DNA from: Dirinaria sp. TL-2023a | Lineage: Eukaryota | DNA: 37,039 nt | Direction of reading: 5' to 3' | NCBI GenBank assembly: GCA_051941275.1 | Contig: JAVEBF010000058.1 | Coordinates: 1-37,039, forward strand | Shown: one piece after another, positions 32,442 through 37,039 of the stretch | Layout: every line of letters begins with the position of its first letter | Numbering within the stretch: position 1 is the first letter of the stretch | Notes under the pieces: model-generated | Seen by the model: the letters and a program-made list of their open reading frames with translations, nothing else | Told to the model about the DNA's origin: nothing | Database searches by the model: none | Made by a program: the position numbers and the translations under genes

Positions 32442-35158
32442 CCATACTTAGGACTGGGAAGTAATGAAAGATGAGATTGGCACAGATATAAGAACCCTAG
32501 CAAACCTCTGTCGGATTTGGCGTAAAGCATAAAATGGAAGCTTGCAGCTCATACATAAGAAAGCCAATGAGAAGGAACGGTTTATAGTTTGGGGGGATTC
32601 TAGCCATTGTTTATGCATAAATCATTACGATACCTTCTTGTAGTGTTGATAATGCGCCTGCTCGATTTGGTTTTACCGCATTGACGCAAATCTTCAAGGA
32701 TAGAACGTAAGAAATATGCTGTGGAAGGACACGTGCTATTCATAAGGTTCGAATTCATGCCTTAGAACGAAACGCAGTTCATTCTCAAATGTCATGGCCA
32801 GGATTCCGACTGCCGAGTATGGTAATAGTTGAGATGCGGATTTACCTGATGTCTTTTCCCCGCTGCCATGTGATCCTTTCAACCATCTCCGCTTCTTTAG
32901 GATTTGTCTCCTTACACCAAAACGCATATTCCAAGACAGCTATGTTAGTATTTCAGCAAGTATGGGGAGCCAAGGTCTATTTCGACGTCACCTTGGTCCA
33001 GCGTGTTTAGATACAATTCAGCTTCGAGCGTGACCATCGTCTGCTCACCTATGCTTGTGCGCTGTATGAACAAAGAGGCTGGTGTCCAGGAAGCGGGGCC
33101 TGAGAGTGCTATTTACAAGTCCTAACGGCGAAAGGGATAGCGGATCCATGTGGTAGGGTCTTGTAGACCCGTCCAATAAGGTATTTCTGCGAGGTAATCC
33201 TTTCCCAAACAGTGAAAAATGCGCGGCTAAACGTTGAAGGATCCGAGGAATCCTGAAAAGGATGCTCGCAAGACTGTTGTCAGCTTTGACAGAGAGTGCA
33301 CAGCATCATAAAGGAATATGAAGGAGCTGCAGTCGCTCGGCTCCGGTGATAGAAGGATCAAAATTGCAAGTAGCTTTCGCTGGCATGCACGTCTGAATGG
33401 AAGCTTCCGGATATGCTCGCATCACATCCGTCTCTGCACATGCCACTAGATCGTGGTAACAGCGTCGAATCTGTACCAATGGAACCCGACGTGCAGAACT
33501 CTACTTGAGACCCTGAGGATGTAACATCAAAGCATATCGCGTCTCTACCAACCTTGGCGCTACAACTCTTTCATCTGTTGTTAAGCATCGATTGCGATGG
33601 AATGTATTGATCAGGCCATTTCTGTAAGATGAGAAGGCGAGGTCTCCACTCTATCGAAAGGTTTGCGACTTTCTCCTCAGGACTCTTCCAGGATTTAATG
33701 ACCTAAGCGCTAAAAGTTCAGCAAATGCCTCACGGCCGTCATTGCTCGAGCAGCTTCGTTCCCGGAAAGAGGCAATGTCGACCTTGAATGTTGAAAGCCA
33801 TGGCCCGAGATCGAATGGAGGAAGTGGCAATAAGAACGCGGTTTTAGAATCGTTGATGATTTTTTTCCCCCTCCCTTCTTGGCTCTGCTTTTGGACTTCG
33901 CAGTACAACATGGGTCATCATATCTTCAGATCGCGAAAGATCACGCAAGGTTGTTAGTAACGACTGGGCACGCTGTGGGCAACTACTCCCGTTAATGACA
34001 CTCTTTAACATTCTTGCCCTCCTTGCCGATTCATCTCTCGTTGCCCCATACAACACGAGGCCCAGACCTCCTCTATTGACCAGGCACATTCCCATCTTGC
34101 AGTTCGCTCCTTTGCATGTCAGAAACATTCTCAGGGGTAGGCGCCATGTTTTGAGGCCTGCACGGTCATGTATTACCGCTGGCTTGTTGCTGCCGAAAAA
34201 GGTTGCTCAATTGTCACGCATTGTTGAACGGAATAATCTTTTCCGTGATCCCAATTTTGTCCGTCCCTTCATTTTCTTCTCAATGTTGGTGCTCTCTCAG
34301 AAACGCGTGTCTGCCAAGCTAGACCTGGAAGGGCGTAAGGTACCTATGAGGCAACTGATGCAGAACTCGATAGCAGAGTTTTAGTATGCCTTTCTCCAGA
34401 GACGTGACCTTGGGCCATGTTTTGATGGCCGTGAACAATGAAATCAAATCCGATACAACACAGCGATTTGGTGCTTGAGGGAAGACAAGTTGACAGAGTG
34501 GCCTTGAAGGATTGTTGTGTCCTGGGAGCCTGGCTGACGTTATCAATCCTTATCGGCGCGAGTCCGGACTAACCTAGGTAGACGGTCGGTATTGAGTAAT
34601 TTGAGTGGAGGTGTTAAAATCGGAAGGTCTTGGCAACGCCCTTTATCTACTTATCGGCAGCGATGTTCGACTCACTCCCTTACTATTACATAAAGTACTG
34701 AAGATACTGAGCGAATGTTTTGGATTGGTGCATATTTGTACTAACAAGCGATACTCGGAAATGCCAGTCCAATTCTTTACGTGTGATTGCGCAACTCGCT
34801 AGCGTTTCTGTTACCGGACCTTATTCACACATCACCTCACCTCACCTTGGGTACCTTCCAACCTACATGTGGTTGATTGGTACGAGAAAAGGTAAGATTA
34901 CCTACACTAATGTAGAAATACCCTGCAGGCCACACCAATGTCCCAGGATCTCGGTTTGACATTCTCCTATCATAGCTAGGAACACGCAGTGGCCCTTTCG
35001 AAGGATTTAGCTCTACAGTTAATCAGCATTCTGCTCTTCCCTCGCTTGCTCGAAACCGGATTTTCGACCTGAATATCGTCGGATAGCTCGTGCTCATGTA
35101 ATAACATGATAAGAACGGCTCTAGGTACTCTCGAAAGTATTAGGAATCAAGCCGATTC

Positions 35159-35181
35159 TTTTTTTTTTTTTTTCTTTTTTT
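35159..35181. repeat. Poly(T) tract T15-C-T7
   Basis: Read directly from sequence. Confidence 0.9.
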
Positions 35182-36879
35182 AATTTGACCTCAGGCTCTG
35201 CAATTGAGAATTGATCTAACTAACGGCCAGCGCTTCTTCTCCCAGTTTTAAATCATCATAGAATAATCTTTCTTCGAAACTATCGAAGCATCTGCGCCTT
35301 CAGTATCAGCTAGTATACTTTCATATGTGCCTCAGGATCCAAATGCGGGTAAAACAACACGAGAATAATACCGACTATTATACCGACCATTGGCATCTTA
35401 GGAAACCCGCTTGTTGTTTCCCTGGCCATTTTAGCTCTCTGAGATCTAGTTTCTGGTGAATAGAACTGCACTTCGACACGGAAGTGGAGATTTCATTCAG
35501 AATACTTTCATGTTCAAAAGTGCGCAGGCTAGTGCTTTCGAGTTTCGTAGTGGATGAACTCGCTCCAGAGCGCAGCGATGCCAGCAGCTTCGAACTTAAC
35601 TCATTCCTTCAGCTCGCACGAAGCGGATACTAAATTTCTCTGATGGAATCAAAGCTCGACGGTGTTTGTTCGATGCTGAATCCTAGCAAATCCGTTTACA
35701 AGCGTCGATCACTCTCTCAGCATGGACCTTGACTCTAGATACGCATCACGTCTAGCGGTGCAGCCACTGCAAGACTTCGCATGCCTGCAACTTGTGCTCA
35801 GTGCAAACTTCGAAGTTTGGCAAGTCGATGGGCGAAAGACCTGTTCTTTTGCGCCTTGAGCATGGTGTCCAATTGGGTGCTATCATTAGGGGTTGACTTG
35901 ACGACGGTGTGAAGAATCTTCGATTCTTGGTCATGCATGCCTTGGTAGTCTCAGCTTCCGCTTAAAGAAGAGAGCTATTTCAGGATCCAAAATGGATAGA
36001 GTCAGGTGTGGGACTTGTGGGGAGCTTCCCGCCTGAACTTGGACCGCCATGGTTGTCAGAGAGTACAGATTGACTGAAGTCGAGTTTCGATACCGCAATG
36101 AACATGTCCAGATTTAGATCGTTTGGGCCCGCGCTTTGGCAACTGACTATTATGAAGACTCTCGGCCTATCTCTTCCAAGCCTCGACTACTGAATCGTAT
36201 GCCAACCCTTCGATGGACTAACCTCTGGCCGAAACTCTTCAGACTCCGCTCTGAAATCTGGATCTCCAAATTGCCGCAAGCCTATTGGGTACTGCACAGC
36301 ATTAAGAGTATTTTCCGATTTGATCAATTCTGCACATTTCGATACTCGCTGTGTCTTTCAGCTTTGGCAGTCTATAGACGTGCCCTGCTATCCCTCCACG
36401 CCCGGCCATTCTGGCTGAGAATGATCCAAAGCATCCTCCATCACTGCAGGCGTTGCGCGTTACAATGTTTTATTTCCTTTGCCCCCTATCACTGTCCCAG
36501 AGTCCACAAGGAAACAGTCTCTATTAAGCCACAGTCCCTAGCCTACCCAACTTTCTAAACCATCCTCCCTCTTTCTTTAGCCTTCGTTTCCAAGCGTTGA
36601 GAGTGCACACAAGACCTAAACCCACGCAGTGAAGCCGCATAGAGATCGAAGCTCTTCCTAGAACCCTTTCTCAGGTCCAGCTAACAGATAGATTACATGT
36701 TCATCGTCCTCCAATAGTCTATCGTAATGCTTTCCAACTCTATTTATTAATGCTTCCTCCTGTAAAAAATCCAGTTTCTAAAGTAGCAATAGAACAAAAA
36801 CAGTGGGACTTTGTGAGTCCATCCCGTCAGGTTCAAAGGATCATCCCAAAAAATTCAGATAAAGAAAAAATCTACAAGA

Positions 36880-37039
36880 GACATCCCAGACCTCCTATCC
36901 AATACTCTCATTTTTCTCACCTCGCTTATCTACTTATCTAAGTCCACCTCACATAAACAAGACCCCCATAAAGAATCCTCATTTCCCACTAAAAGAAACT
37001 CCAAAAAAGTCCCAAGCCCACAAACCCCACACAAACCCC
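36880..37039. repeat. Low-complexity C/A-rich, G-poor stretch ending in a CACAAACCCC direct repeat
   Basis: ..aagcccacaaaccccacacaaacccc; very few G on the + strand. Confidence 0.55.

Noticed and set aside
35804..35819. Perfect 16-bp palindrome CAAACTTCGAAGTTTG as a functional site
   Set aside because: Roughly 0.5 such palindromes are expected by chance in 37 kb; no other support.
33651..36558. ORFs of 60-140 aa downstream of the ABC gene as genes or transposon remnants
   Set aside because: No recognisable domains, no transposase or RT motifs, no terminal repeats, and no convincing splice model by eye.
37010..37039. C-rich end as a telomere
   Set aside because: No CCCTAA/TTAGGG tandem units; only two imperfectly spaced CACAAACCCC copies.

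Overview
Filamentous ascomycete (Pezizomycotina-type) genomic DNA holding a compact two-gene secondary-metabolite locus. The minus strand carries one giant 10-exon non-ribosomal peptide synthetase (ATG at 25294, still open at base 1, >7937 aa after splicing 9 GT-AG introns). Its architecture is C(partial)-A1-T-E-C-A2-T-C-A3-T-E-C-A4-T-C-A5-T-E-C-T-CT-T(no Ser), the NPS4/NRPS4 (fusahexin synthetase-like) layout. It is divergently paired, across a ~2.3 kb intergenic region, with a 4-exon ABCC/MRP-type ABC exporter (27571..32441, 1470 aa). The remaining ~4.6 kb has no gene I can support. Most interesting: five A domains feed six active carrier domains, with E domains in modules 1, 3 and 5, predicting an alternating D,L cyclic hexapeptide. 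A2 has a strongly acidic pocket (DNEDGGQINK) suggesting a basic residue, unlike the hydrophobic products known for this family. Module 6 keeps an apparent fossil of its lost A domain. Splice models and specificity codes were read by hand; substrate predictions are inference.
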